A stretch of 64,000 bases of DNA from Chloroflexi bacterium RBG_13_51_36 (GTDB lineage Bacteria; Chloroflexota; Dehalococcoidia; GIF9; AB-539-J10), in NCBI GenBank assembly GCA_001796515.1, contig MGMS01000009.1, positions 28,054 to 92,053 of the forward strand, written 5' to 3'. This document shows positions 37,423 to 47,234 of this stretch, piece after piece; within the stretch, counting starts at the first letter, position 1, and each line of letters starts with the position of its first letter. The notes beneath the pieces were generated by a model. It was not told the DNA's origin. It searched no databases and saw only the letters and a program-made list of their open reading frames with translations. The position numbers and the translations under genes were made by a program.

Positions 37423-37619
37423 CTTAGGCCTCAGCCTGCAGATACAGAATACCAAACGAATCCAAATGTCTAGTCAAAGTTCAAAGCTTCTTTTTGGAGG
37501 AGCGTTTGGATTCCAGCAAGTGTAATAGAGATTATCTTCATTGCCGCAAGACTCCCTTCTGGTATTATACCTTGGTCAGTTCGGCAATCATAATTGAGAG
37601 CAGCTACCTGAGTCTCAGC

Positions 37620-39056
37620 CTAAGACTTCTGGGAATGTTTCTCGGCGTGGGTCAATACTAGATCTATGGCATTGGCGGCAGTGGCAAAAGAGAAGTACAC
37701 AGGCAACTCAGACGCAATAGCACCACGAATGGCAGCCAGAATGGCCGCAGCCTCTTCGGGCATAATACTGGGTTCAAGCACCATGGCCAGCGGCTTGGGG
37801 AAGAATCCCTGCTTTACTGGGAAGCTGGTCATTAACAAATTCCTGACCCAGGTGTCTGATATCCGAGATGTTGTGAATTGACCTGTTCTGACAAATATGA
37901 CCAATAGATCAATTCCTTCCCACCTTGATAGTATATCGAATGTTTTGATTACGCCCTCAGTATTCGTCATGGCCTGTGAATAATCCACGGGGTTTCGCAA
38001 GATATTGCCTGCGACAGGAGTAAACTCTCGTATCTGTGCAACGATATGCGGGGGGATTGGAGGGATTTTTAGCCCTCTGCTTTCAAACTCATCGGCGATT
38101 AGGACGCTGGCCCCCCCTCCAGCGCCGAATAACAACGCATTCCTGCCTCTTAGGAGCGGGAGGAACAGAAGTGTAACCAATACATCGATCATTTCTTCGA
38201 TGCTGCTGACTTTGATGATTCCCAGCTGCTTGCAGAGGGCATCCCAGGTGGCCTTGCTTCCAGCGAGTGCCGCAGTATGGCCGGCAGCGGCTCGAGCGCC
38301 TCCCTCAGTGGCGCCTCCTTTGAGCAATATCACCGTCTTTTCCTTCGTTGCCTCCTCCATGGCTCTGCGGAATCGCTTCCCATCCTTAATTCCTTCAATG
38401 TAAAGGGCTATTATTTTGGTATCTGCATCTTTGGCAAGATATTCAAGCAAATCACTTTCATTGATGTCGCATGCGTTGCCGTAGCTGATGACCTTGCTGA
38501 AGCGTATGCCTCGCAACGCTGCTTGCCTGACCAAGAAAATGGAATTGCCCCCGCTCTGACTGATGACTCCCACCGGGCCACTTTCTTTGGGGAATTCTGG
38601 ACTGTAGGATAGGCGCGATTGGGGACAGTAGATGCCCATGCAGTTAGGCCCGAGAATCCTGATGCCTTTCTTGCGGGCTATTTCCGCCAGTTCGTTTTCC
38701 AGCTTAATTCTCTCTTCTTCACCAGTCTCACTAAAGCCCGCTGTGCAGAAGTGAATTGCCTTTACGCCCTTGTCGGCACATTCCTCCACGAGCCTGGGAG
38801 CAATCTGAGCATTAACCAGGCCAATTACGTAATCGACGTTGCCAGGCACGTCTCTGAGACTGGTATAGACCTTGTGACCTTTAATCTCGCCTCCCTTGGG
38901 ATTAACAAGATAGAGAGGGCGGTCGAACCCAATCTCTAGGAGGCCCTCCAGGAAGGTGAGTGTCCAGTGCCAGGTCTGGGCAGTTGTGATGCCAACGAGG
39001 GCGACCGAATTAGGGTGGAACAGAAAGTCCAGGTCATCTTGGCGTGAATTCTTCAT
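37620..39056 (-). CDS. ADP-forming acyl-CoA synthetase alpha-type subunit (CoA-binding)
   Basis: 'P.SVALVG', 'GFSE', 'GPNCMG', 'SQSG', phospho-His 'GHTAALAG', 'NPVD'. Confidence 0.88.
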   Translation of the reverse strand: MKNSRQDDLDFLFHPNSVALVGITTAQTWHWTLTFLEGLLEIGFDRPLYLVNPKGGEIKGHKVYTSLRDVPGNVDYVIGLVNAQIAPRLVEECADKGVKAIHFCTAGFSETGEEERIKLENELAEIARKKGIRILGPNCMGIYCPQSRLSYSPEFPKESGPVGVISQSGGNSIFLVRQAALRGIRFSKVISYGNACDINESDLLEYLAKDADTKIIALYIEGIKDGKRFRRAMEEATKEKTVILLKGGATEGGARAAAGHTAALAGSKATWDALCKQLGIIKVSSIEEMIDVLVTLLFLPLLRGRNALLFGAGGGASVLIADEFESRGLKIPPIPPHIVAQIREFTPVAGNILRNPVDYSQAMTNTEGVIKTFDILSRWEGIDLLVIFVRTGQFTTSRISDTWVRNLLMTSFPVKQGFFPKPLAMVLEPSIMPEEAAAILAAIRGAIASELPVYFSFATAANAIDLVLTHAEKHSQKS

Positions 39057-39475
39057 ATTTCCTATTCCTTCATACTTCATTCGCTCAGGCGAATGGCCAG
39101 GCAATTTCAAGGTGAAGAAGTTGCGTGGTTATACTGATACGAATCTGCTAACTCTTTGTATCAACTTTCCTGAGGTTGCCATGCCATTCAGCGTCCTGTG
39201 AGTAAAAATGCATAGCTAGCTACCTTCCGCCGAAGTATAGCAAAGAGTCTGTGTATTGTAAATCTTGCTCTGGAATCGACGATTTACTCTGAAGGAGCTG
39301 CTCGACAGTGTTTCCAGAAGCACATTCGACGAAGTGATTTGATGACTCGACGGGAATGTGGTAAATTACGTTCGGTTTTTGGAACAACCAGAAGTGTTGA
39401 ATGAAGCTTCTGCCGTAACTTGGCCGTTGTCCGGTCTAGGAATTCTCAGCTCACTTAGTAATTAGGAGACTTGTA

Positions 39476-40927
39476 TTGAATGCAGAAAAACTGGCGAAAC
39501 TCGACTATATCTTCTACCCAAGAACGGTAGCTGTAATAGGCGCTTCCGACAGCGATGGGTTCTCGCAGGCTATGATGGGCACGAGAATCAGAGAAGATCT
39601 GTTCTTGGTTAATCCCAAATACAAGGAACTTCACGGCAAGAGATGCTATGCCAGCATCTTGGATATAGAAGGTGAGATTGACTATGTTGTTATAGCGGTG
39701 CCGGCGTTGCTTGTGCCCCGAGTTTTGGGCGAATGTATAGAAAAGGGAGCAAAAACGGTCCATGTCTTCACAGCCGGTTTTAGTGAAACCGGGTCAGAAG
39801 AAAGGAAGATTCTGGAGGACGAAGTGCGGGAGATAGCCAGAGGTAAGGTCAGCCTGATTGGTCCGAACTGCATGGGAATATGTTGTCCTAAGTCCGGATT
39901 GGCTTTTGTTCCCGATATCTTGACTGAGGAAGGTCCGGTAGGGGTGATTTCACAGAGCGGCACTTTTGCTGAGCAATTCTTGTCTATCGGGAAGCTAAGA
40001 AATGTGAAATTCAGTAAAGTCATTAGCTATGGGAATGCCATAGACCTTGACTGTCCTGACTTTCTGGAATACCTAACGTATGACCCTGATACCAAGGTCA
40101 TAGCTTTGTATATAGAGGGTACAAAAACGGGTGAGCGTCTCAAAACTGCACTGAGTGAAGCTGCGAAACTAAAGCCAGTGCTGGCACTTAAAGGCGGGGT
40201 AAGCGAGCACGGCCGGCGGGCAGCATCTTCTCACACAGGTTCATTGGCCGGTTCACCAGAAATCTGGAGTTCACTCTTTAAACAGGCCGGGGCAGTCCAG
40301 GTGGGAGATTTCGATGAACTGCTGGATGCCGCTCTGGCATTATCCTGCGTTCCGCTGCCCGCAGGGAAAGGGACCGCCATCATTACCAACTCTGGTGGTT
40401 TCAGCGTGGTTGAAACTGATTTGTGCGTGAAAGCAGGATTGGAGGTCCCTCAATTCACGAAGGGGACTATTGCCGAATTACGCAAAATGGTTCCCATAGC
40501 GGGAACAAGCATAAATAATCCCCTGGACGCTTGGCCGATATACTATAACATGACTGGAACGGCGGGGACACTTGCGGACGCTATCAAGGCCGTGTCTCAT
40601 GATAAGAATATTCATGCAGTAGTGTTGCACTTCGATGAGGTGCGTTACCTGCGGCATGTCTTTGGCGAGGCAACTGAAGGCTTCCTGAAGGAACTTGTCA
40701 AGATCATGGTTCAGGGGTGTAAATATGCTCGAGATGAAATGGGCAAGACCGTAATGATTTGTGTTTCACTCGATGCCTATTCAGAGGATGAAAAGGACAG
40801 AGAATATCACTTTCTGGCCAAGAGAGCTTTCGAGGGCGAGCAATTCCCCGTATATTCCACGCTTGGTGCCTCAATCAAGACTCTGTCCAATTTGTACAGG
40901 TATAAGGCTCAGTGTCGCAACCGATAG
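39476..40927 (+). CDS. ADP-forming acyl-CoA synthetase alpha-type subunit (paralogue)
   Basis: 'PRTVAVIGAS', 'GPNCMG', 'SQSG', 'SHTGSLAG', 'NPLD'. Confidence 0.88.
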   Translation: MNAEKLAKLDYIFYPRTVAVIGASDSDGFSQAMMGTRIREDLFLVNPKYKELHGKRCYASILDIEGEIDYVVIAVPALLVPRVLGECIEKGAKTVHVFTAGFSETGSEERKILEDEVREIARGKVSLIGPNCMGICCPKSGLAFVPDILTEEGPVGVISQSGTFAEQFLSIGKLRNVKFSKVISYGNAIDLDCPDFLEYLTYDPDTKVIALYIEGTKTGERLKTALSEAAKLKPVLALKGGVSEHGRRAASSHTGSLAGSPEIWSSLFKQAGAVQVGDFDELLDAALALSCVPLPAGKGTAIITNSGGFSVVETDLCVKAGLEVPQFTKGTIAELRKMVPIAGTSINNPLDAWPIYYNMTGTAGTLADAIKAVSHDKNIHAVVLHFDEVRYLRHVFGEATEGFLKELVKIMVQGCKYARDEMGKTVMICVSLDAYSEDEKDREYHFLAKRAFEGEQFPVYSTLGASIKTLSNLYRYKAQCRNR

Positions 40928-41071
40928 ACTCTGTCAATGTCACCTACAGTCAACTTCGGCAGACCTAGCGGCCTCAGATTTCTTGAGTCGCCAAACATAT
41001 GTCAGACGCGGACCGGTTAAGGGTCACCCCCCAGATGATGCCTCGTAAACTGCCTATCACAGGAAGGGATT

Positions 41072-42205
41072 TCAGACCAGTCCAATCTTCTGGGCCACTA
41101 TCTCTCTGTGGAAATCAGTGTTGCCAAAAGCGATATCCGCAGCCTTGCTTCTGCGGTAGTAAAACGGGATGTCGTGGTCAGCGCTGGTAGCGATTGCCCC
41201 ATGCAGTCTCACCGCCCACTTGGCAACATCCTTATAGACCTCGTTGACATAGGCCTTTGCCATAGAGGCTTCCTTGGCGCAGGGAAGTCCCTCCGACTCC
41301 ATCCAGGCTACTTCATAAACCAGATAGCGGCTAGTTTCCATCGCAGTCCACATATCAGCGAACTTGTGTTGAAGCGCTTGGAAAGAGCCTATGGGCCTCT
41401 CATATTGAACCCTTTCTTTGGAGTAGGCCACGGTCATTTCTACGCAGGTTTCTACAGCGCCTATGGATTCGGCACACTTAGCGATGGCGCCTTTGCGTAG
41501 CATCATTTCCACAATGGGCCATCCCTCATCCAGCTTGCCCAGTATGTTCTTCTTGGGCACACTGACGTCTTTGAAACGCACTTCACATAATTTGTCTGCG
41601 GCGGTGGTAGGCATTACCTCATGACTTATTCCCGGGGTTTTCGAGTCGACAATAAAAACGGTTACTCCCTTCTCGGGCGAGGCGCCGGCCGTTGTCCTAG
41701 CTACACAAAGGATGTAGTTGGCTACATGGGCCATCTCCACGAAGAGCTTCGTGCCGTTTATTACGAAGTCATTTCCCTTTGGTGTTGCCTTAGCAGTGAT
41801 TCCAGAAGCATCGAAGACACCTTCAGCTTCGAGAAGCGCCGTGGTAAGAATCAGTTCGCCCTGGGCTATCTTGGGAAGTAAAGCCTTTTTTTGCTCTTCA
41901 GTTCCTGCTTGGAGTATGGGGAAAGTCCCAGTTATGGTAGCTATTAGTGGTCCGGGGAGGATATTCCTGCCTATCTCCTCTAGGAGAACAATAAGGTCCT
42001 GGAAGGTATAACCCATGCCCCCGTATTCCTCAGGTATGATGAGGCCCATCCAGCCCAGCTCGGCCATCTTCTTCCAGAGTTCGGGAGAGTATCCTTCCTC
42101 GCTCTGTTCCAGTTTTCTGACCAGGGTTTTGGGACATTCTGTACTAAGAAAGTCCCGTGCCATCTTCTTCAGTATCTCTTGTGTTTCGGTAAATCTAAGA
42201 TCCAT
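41072..42205 (-). CDS. Acyl-CoA dehydrogenase
   Basis: 'LGW.G..IPEEYGG', 'Y.K.R.Q..RPIGSFQA.QH', 'LHGAI'. Confidence 0.9.
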   Translation of the reverse strand: MDLRFTETQEILKKMARDFLSTECPKTLVRKLEQSEEGYSPELWKKMAELGWMGLIIPEEYGGMGYTFQDLIVLLEEIGRNILPGPLIATITGTFPILQAGTEEQKKALLPKIAQGELILTTALLEAEGVFDASGITAKATPKGNDFVINGTKLFVEMAHVANYILCVARTTAGASPEKGVTVFIVDSKTPGISHEVMPTTAADKLCEVRFKDVSVPKKNILGKLDEGWPIVEMMLRKGAIAKCAESIGAVETCVEMTVAYSKERVQYERPIGSFQALQHKFADMWTAMETSRYLVYEVAWMESEGLPCAKEASMAKAYVNEVYKDVAKWAVRLHGAIATSADHDIPFYYRRSKAADIAFGNTDFHREIVAQKIGLV

Positions 42206-42228
42206 GATCCCTCCTTATCGAAGCGTGG

Positions 42229-43413
42229 TCATCTTATCCTGGGCAGGCCGAGGCCGTACCAGGCGATGATATTCCTTTGTATCTCATTTGTTCCCATGGA
42301 CACAGTGGTTATAAAATGTTCGTGGAACATTCTCTCCCATACCCCGTTCATAGGAGCCCACCGTGAAGTCTTGACCTGACCATAGGGACCTAAAATGTCT
42401 GTGGCCACAAAAGCAAAACGCTCGCCCAGTTCACTGAAGAAAATTTTGCCTGCCGAGGCATCCATCAGAGACATTTCGTTTCTGTTCTGTAAATCAGCGA
42501 CACGGTACGCCAGAGCACGGGCTGCCTCTAGTTGGCACGCCAGCTCAGCCAGCCGATTGCGGACAAGCGGGTTCTTGGCCAGTGGCTGCCCGTGGCGTTT
42601 GGTCTGGTTGCAGAACTCCACTAGGTCTTCTAACCCCCGGATCATGGTCATGATTTCGTTTATACCGGATCTCTCGAAACCAGCCAAAAGATTCACAACA
42701 GCCCAGCCTTCGTGTTCTTGGCCGACGATATTCTTGGCTGGCACGTGGACATCGTCGAAATAGACCTCGCAATAAGGAGCGTGACCATCCAGGTACGGGA
42801 TTGGCCTTATGGTAATCCCCGGCGTCTTCATATCGAGTAGGATGAAGGTCATGTTATGATGTTTCCGAGCAGATGGGTCTGTCTTGAACACGCCAAAGCC
42901 CCAGTCACCTTTGTGAGCGCCGGTGTTCCAGGTCTTCTGACCATTTATGATGTACTCGTCACCCTTTCTTATTGCTGTTGTGGATAGAGAGGCAAGGTCT
43001 GAGCCGGCATTGGGCTCGCTCCATAGCTCACACCACATAGCTTCTCCGCGGGCAATAGGTGGTAGAAATTCTCTCTTTATTTCCTCACTTGCGGCCTGTA
43101 ACAAGGTTGGGGCAAGCATTTGCACTCCGAAGATATCTACCCCGGGAACGCCATGGTATCCCCTGGCTTCAGCAAATAGGACGCGATCCATCATATCGCC
43201 TTTGCCGCCGTATTCCGGTGGCCAGCCTAGGGCCAGCCATCCCTTTTTGGCAAATTCCCTGGCACAATGCAGGTTGTACTCCCAACACTTGTCGTCTTCA
43301 TAGATGGTCTCGAATCCTAGGAAGTTTGGTGGTCTCTTTTTTTCGAGTTCTTTGCATGTGTCGTAGAATTCTTGTTTGCGGACTTTCTGTTCATCTGTTA
43401 GGGCAAGGTCCAT
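42229..43413 (-). CDS. Acyl-CoA dehydrogenase
   Basis: 'WPPEYGG', 'SEPNAGSDLASL', 'INGQKTW', 'GTNEIQRNII'. Confidence 0.92.
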   Translation of the reverse strand: MDLALTDEQKVRKQEFYDTCKELEKKRPPNFLGFETIYEDDKCWEYNLHCAREFAKKGWLALGWPPEYGGKGDMMDRVLFAEARGYHGVPGVDIFGVQMLAPTLLQAASEEIKREFLPPIARGEAMWCELWSEPNAGSDLASLSTTAIRKGDEYIINGQKTWNTGAHKGDWGFGVFKTDPSARKHHNMTFILLDMKTPGITIRPIPYLDGHAPYCEVYFDDVHVPAKNIVGQEHEGWAVVNLLAGFERSGINEIMTMIRGLEDLVEFCNQTKRHGQPLAKNPLVRNRLAELACQLEAARALAYRVADLQNRNEMSLMDASAGKIFFSELGERFAFVATDILGPYGQVKTSRWAPMNGVWERMFHEHFITTVSMGTNEIQRNIIAWYGLGLPRIR

Positions 43414-43548
43414 ATGCACCTCCTTTGATTTGAAGATGTTGTAATAGCGTCGCTCGAAGCGGCCGCCTTATTTTATATGGTGGAAAGGAAATTGTCAAAA
43501 GACCTGTGGTGATGGTTCAGTATAAACGTGGTTGATTTTCATAGTATA

Positions 43549-43782
43549 ATGTCTCCTGTGAAAAAGGGGCTAGAGTTATGGCAATATATCATCTCTTTTG
43601 CGATAACCATTCTACTAGGTATCCCTTGGACTATATTGTTTGATTTCCTTAAAACTCTACTTAATAGCACCCTATGGGATATATTCTGCTCAATCCTTTA
43701 TATTCTCGGACTTATCAGCTTTTTCTTCTGGTTTTCCCGCTATCTTGGAAAATCTAGTTCTGATGACTCCAATTCTGATTAA
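43549..43782 (+). CDS. Small two-TM passenger protein
   Basis: Hydrophobic ORF inside the IS left end. Confidence 0.45.
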   Translation: MSPVKKGLELWQYIISFAITILLGIPWTILFDFLKTLLNSTLWDIFCSILYILGLISFFFWFSRYLGKSSSDDSNSD

Positions 43783-43879
43783 GTATTTAGCTATGTAATA
43801 GGAATTGCCTATTCCTAGTACCAGAGCTACCATAATCAGGAAGTCCGTAGCTGAAAGGTGTCCCATATTCTTAGCCTCA

Positions 43880-44869
43880 CTATTTAAGTGTTGTTACACT
43901 AGTCTGAATAAACGCTCTCTGTTTTAAGCCTTTTGGCTTTCTCTTCGGGTGTTTCCTCTTTACAATAGGCTTTTGTAGCATAGATTTTAGCCTTGTGAAT
44001 GATGTTAGGTTTGGTTTTACGCTCGGTTTTACGTGCCATATAACCTTTGCTCGGCTAACAACTTCAGCCCAATTCCTGAAAGGTGTAGGTATGCCCATCT
44101 TTTGTGCCGGGGGTATATTGCCTAACGTCTCATGTTCCTTGAAGAAGTTGTAGTGGACTAGCCAAGCATCGGTTAGTAGCTCACCTGTTTTCATGCTCTT
44201 GAAGCCACGTACAATTTTCGTTCTATCCTTTAGTGTTCCTTGAAACCGCTCAATAATATTGGTCGAATTTACATCGGTGAAAGGCGTACTCTGAATGTGT
44301 TTCGTATCAGCCCCAAAGACAAGTTCTATTCCATCTATATACGCCCCCATCTTATCGGTAAGAATCCGCTTTGGCGATTTACCCGCTCTGCGTTTCGCTT
44401 CGTTCATTACTAAAGCTGCTTCTTTGGTTGCTCTGCTTTCCGTCAATCGGCTTGCGAGTAGATAGCGTGTCTTTTCGTCTATCACATCGAAGAACCAAAC
44501 TTTCTTCCCCCCGACACGCAATACTGTCTCATCCGCTATCCAAGTGTCGCCGACAATCGGGTGAAAGTCCTTTATCCTTTCTACCGCTTCTTTAGAGAAA
44601 CGCTTTACCCAGTTGTAGATGCCCATTTCCGAATAGTAAGTGCCGAATTGCTGATGTAGATGTCTCTGAATAGCATCTAGAGGCATACCGCCAAAGTAGC
44701 AACTTAAAGCTGCCGATATTATCTTCACGTCCGTTTTCATTTTAGGCAACGTGCCCAATACGAATTTTCGTTTACAGTCCTTGCACCAATAACGCTGGAT
44801 GCCCTGAAAAGTGCCAAATTTGACTACGTTTGGTGAACCGCAGTATTTGCATAAGATATTATTCTCCAT
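43880..44869 (-). CDS. DDE transposase (IS6-like core with N-terminal zinc ribbon)
   Basis: 'CKYCGS...QRYWCKDC', 'WIADET', 'ILTDK', 'NIIERFQ'. Confidence 0.9.
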   Translation of the reverse strand: MENNILCKYCGSPNVVKFGTFQGIQRYWCKDCKRKFVLGTLPKMKTDVKIISAALSCYFGGMPLDAIQRHLHQQFGTYYSEMGIYNWVKRFSKEAVERIKDFHPIVGDTWIADETVLRVGGKKVWFFDVIDEKTRYLLASRLTESRATKEAALVMNEAKRRAGKSPKRILTDKMGAYIDGIELVFGADTKHIQSTPFTDVNSTNIIERFQGTLKDRTKIVRGFKSMKTGELLTDAWLVHYNFFKEHETLGNIPPAQKMGIPTPFRNWAEVVSRAKVIWHVKPSVKPNLTSFTRLKSMLQKPIVKRKHPKRKPKGLKQRAFIQTSVTTLK

Positions 44870-45197
44870 CTAAAAACTCCTCTTGGTCTTTCACATACTT
44901 CTTCATATCCACACCTAGTTGTGTAGCCATATAAGTAAGCATTAAGAAGGTTGCCTTCTCCCCCCTGAACTTTAGTTTCTCCCTTTCTTCCCTCAGTTCA
45001 TATTCCTTTTGCCTTTGCTTCTCGATTTCATCATGTCTGCGTTCCTCTTTGATAGTGTAAACCCACCCTGCGATGAATGAAACGAATCCAGCTACTACTA
45101 GCACAAAGGCAAAGTCACTCCACGTCGGTTTCTCTATAAGGATTAAAGCACCTATAGGAATTAACATAGCCCCAATAGCAGTCCAAAATCCACTCAT
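44859..45197 (-). CDS. Passenger membrane protein (2 TM plus charged coiled coil) coupled to the transposase
   Basis: GGGAGGG RBS before ATG 45197; 3' end overlaps the transposase start by 11 bp. Confidence 0.6.
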   Translation of the reverse strand: MSGFWTAIGAMLIPIGALILIEKPTWSDFAFVLVVAGFVSFIAGWVYTIKEERRHDEIEKQRQKEYELREEREKLKFRGEKATFLMLTYMATQLGVDMKKYVKDQEEFLDGE

Positions 45198-45496
45198 AAT
45201 AACCCTCCCTTTTAACCTCTTTAAGAGGCTTACTATGTTAGTCATAGTTCACCTCCAGAGAGGTTTTTGGGGAAAGTATACCACCGCAAGGTGGCATCAA
45301 CCATGAGTATACTGAACCAACGAGAACAGCCCCTTATGTGATTTTGGAGACTGCGTCTTCTGATTGCAGAAGCTACCGGGGAGCGACTAGCATCCGCTCC
45401 TACAAATCTTATTAGCCTCTCCAGGGACTGTGAAAGAGGCTGTGCATATGATTTCGAGATTGACAGCCGCTGCGCATTCGTTGCTATCAATCCTGA

Positions 45497-45724
45497 CTAT
45501 ACTATTTCCAGTCTGACTCTGGTATCCTGTTTCGCTGCTTTCACGCGAAGCAGCGTCCGTAGCGCCTGAGCTACGCGACCTTGTCTGCCGATGACCCTTC
45601 CTTTGTCATCGGGGGCAACCTCTAATTTAATCAGCAGGCCTTCTTCACTAGTTTCTTCGGTGATCTTCACTGCATCAGGCTCTGCCACAATGGCCTTAAT
45701 GATGTATTCCAGCAGGTCTTTCAT
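45497..45724 (-). CDS. khpA: KH-domain RNA-binding protein
   Basis: 'D.GRVIGRQGR.A.ALRT'; downstream of rpsP. Confidence 0.92.
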   Translation of the reverse strand: MKDLLEYIIKAIVAEPDAVKITEETSEEGLLIKLEVAPDDKGRVIGRQGRVAQALRTLLRVKAAKQDTRVRLEIV

Positions 45725-45740
45725 TTCGCCTCCTTAACAG

Positions 45741-46010
45741 TTAGTTTTGGCCTGAGGTCGGCTTGATTCTGTCCATAATACCTAGTTTGCCTAGCAAGCT
45801 ACGTACCGTGTCTGTAGGCTGAGCTCCACATCTAAGCCACTTTAAAGCCTTTTCTTCATCGATGCTGACAGTTGCGGGGTCAGTCAAAGGATTGTAATGG
45901 CCGATAATATCAATAGATTCACCGTCACGTGGAGAACGTCTATCGGTTACTACTATTCGATAGAATGGTTTGTTTCTCCTCCCCATACGGCGTAGTCTGA
46001 TTCTTACCAT
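45741..46010 (-). CDS. rpsP: 30S ribosomal protein S16
   Basis: '[10 protein letters not shown]....PFYRIVV.D.RSPRDG...GAQPTDTV'. Confidence 0.97.
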   Translation of the reverse strand: MVRIRLRRMGRRNKPFYRIVVTDRRSPRDGESIDIIGHYNPLTDPATVSIDEEKALKWLRCGAQPTDTVRSLLGKLGIMDRIKPTSGQN

Positions 46011-46123
46011 TAGCGGTGATTATCTCTTAAACGCCAGTGTTTGTCAATGGCCATTGGCTTAGAGAGCATACTCTGTCGGCTCTGCGGCAAAGCAATGAAA
46101 CAACTAGGCGACGGTCCGGCAAC

Positions 46124-46582
46124 TCATACGATAATTCTGGGAGAGAATACATATACGGTCGTCGTTTTGAACTTCTTCCTTAACAAAGCAAGTTGCGGTC
46201 TGTATATCCTGATCCTTCTCTCCTCGCATGCAACGGGCATGCTAAGCGTTTTTGATATAACTTTCTCCTCTACTTTTCCTTCACACATTATAGCTGCTTC
46301 AGCTTGATTTGCTCCCAGCTCTATAAGCATGGGCAATGGCAGTGCTTGTTGCTCCTCAGTACTCAATATGCTTGTCAGATACGCAAGTTCACTTTTTTTG
46401 AAGAAATGAGTGCTACCGTCGCTGCACACTACGTGAGGATGTTCTTCGTTCAATACATCTGACAGCCTCTTCTGACTCTTTGGCAACCCGGCATTTACTA
46501 CCCTGAGTTCGCCTCTCAAGCATTCCTGGAGCATTTTCTCATAGGGGGATTGTCTCGCTCCATCTTGCAGTGGATTAAGCAT
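46124..46582 (-). CDS. DUF61-like protein
   Basis: 'N.GLP...K.L.D.L.E..P.V...DG..H.F.K.EL..L...LP..IE'. Confidence 0.6.
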   Translation of the reverse strand: MLNPLQDGARQSPYEKMLQECLRGELRVVNAGLPKSQKRLSDVLNEEHPHVVCSDGSTHFFKKSELAYLTSILSTEEQQALPLPMLIELGANQAEAAIMCEGKVEEKVISKTLSMPVACEERRIRIYRPQLALLRKKFKTTTVYVFSPRIIV

Positions 46583-46586
46583 TTGT

Positions 46587-47216
46587 CTATTCTCGGGCAA
46601 CCAACACCTTCACACGTTTGAGCCGTGCTTTTTCTTCTCTATCTCTTTCCTCAAACTTCATATTCAAGTAGCTTATTGTCGCGTGCAGTCTTGGGATTAT
46701 CACATATTCTAAGGCATTAGTTATCCTTTTTGTCCTATTTATCTCCATTGCCAGTAATTCAAAACTCCTCTGGAGCTCAGCCAACTCCACAATAGCTGTA
46801 AGATATTCTTCGGACAACTCTGCTGCACGGTCTAACCACGAAGAGGTATCAACCAGACTATATCCTTTCATTGGCTTTCGAGCGTCTGTTAGTTCGAAGG
46901 ATGGAAATCGTACACCAGCTATGTTTCTCAAGCCAGCGGTAACTTTCAATTCGGTCTCACTGGCAACTAATTCCTTCTCCATAGCTATATATCCGTGATA
47001 TCCGGCGGCAACAGACAGCGCTTTATAGGCCTGTGATGCTTGATCAAGCAATTTGCTTTTGGCTTCCACTGTATCTCTTGCTGTCTGTAGAAATTCCATG
47101 GTTAATATAGAAAGCCTGTCCTTCACTATTTTTTGCACTCTCTGGGCCAGTGAAAGCCGGCGTTTGAGTTTGACCAGCTCGATTTTTGTAGGCCTGACTT
47201 TGATTAATTCCGGCAT
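46587..47216 (-). CDS. A/V-type ATPase subunit D
   Basis: 'PTKIEL..LK.RL', 'EI.RT.R..NALEY..IP'. Confidence 0.93.
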   Translation of the reverse strand: MPELIKVRPTKIELVKLKRRLSLAQRVQKIVKDRLSILTMEFLQTARDTVEAKSKLLDQASQAYKALSVAAGYHGYIAMEKELVASETELKVTAGLRNIAGVRFPSFELTDARKPMKGYSLVDTSSWLDRAAELSEEYLTAIVELAELQRSFELLAMEINRTKRITNALEYVIIPRLHATISYLNMKFEERDREEKARLKRVKVLVARE

Positions 47217-47234
47217 TTTCCCCCAGATTTGCTT

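Larger units (their letters stand above)
43514..45318 (-). mobile_element. IS6-like insertion sequence with passenger ORFs (1805 bp)
   Basis: Terminal inverted repeats GGTTCAGTATAAACGTGGTTGAT (43514-43536) and reverse complement of 45296-45318 match at 20/23; AT-rich interior; no target duplication seen. Confidence 0.8.
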
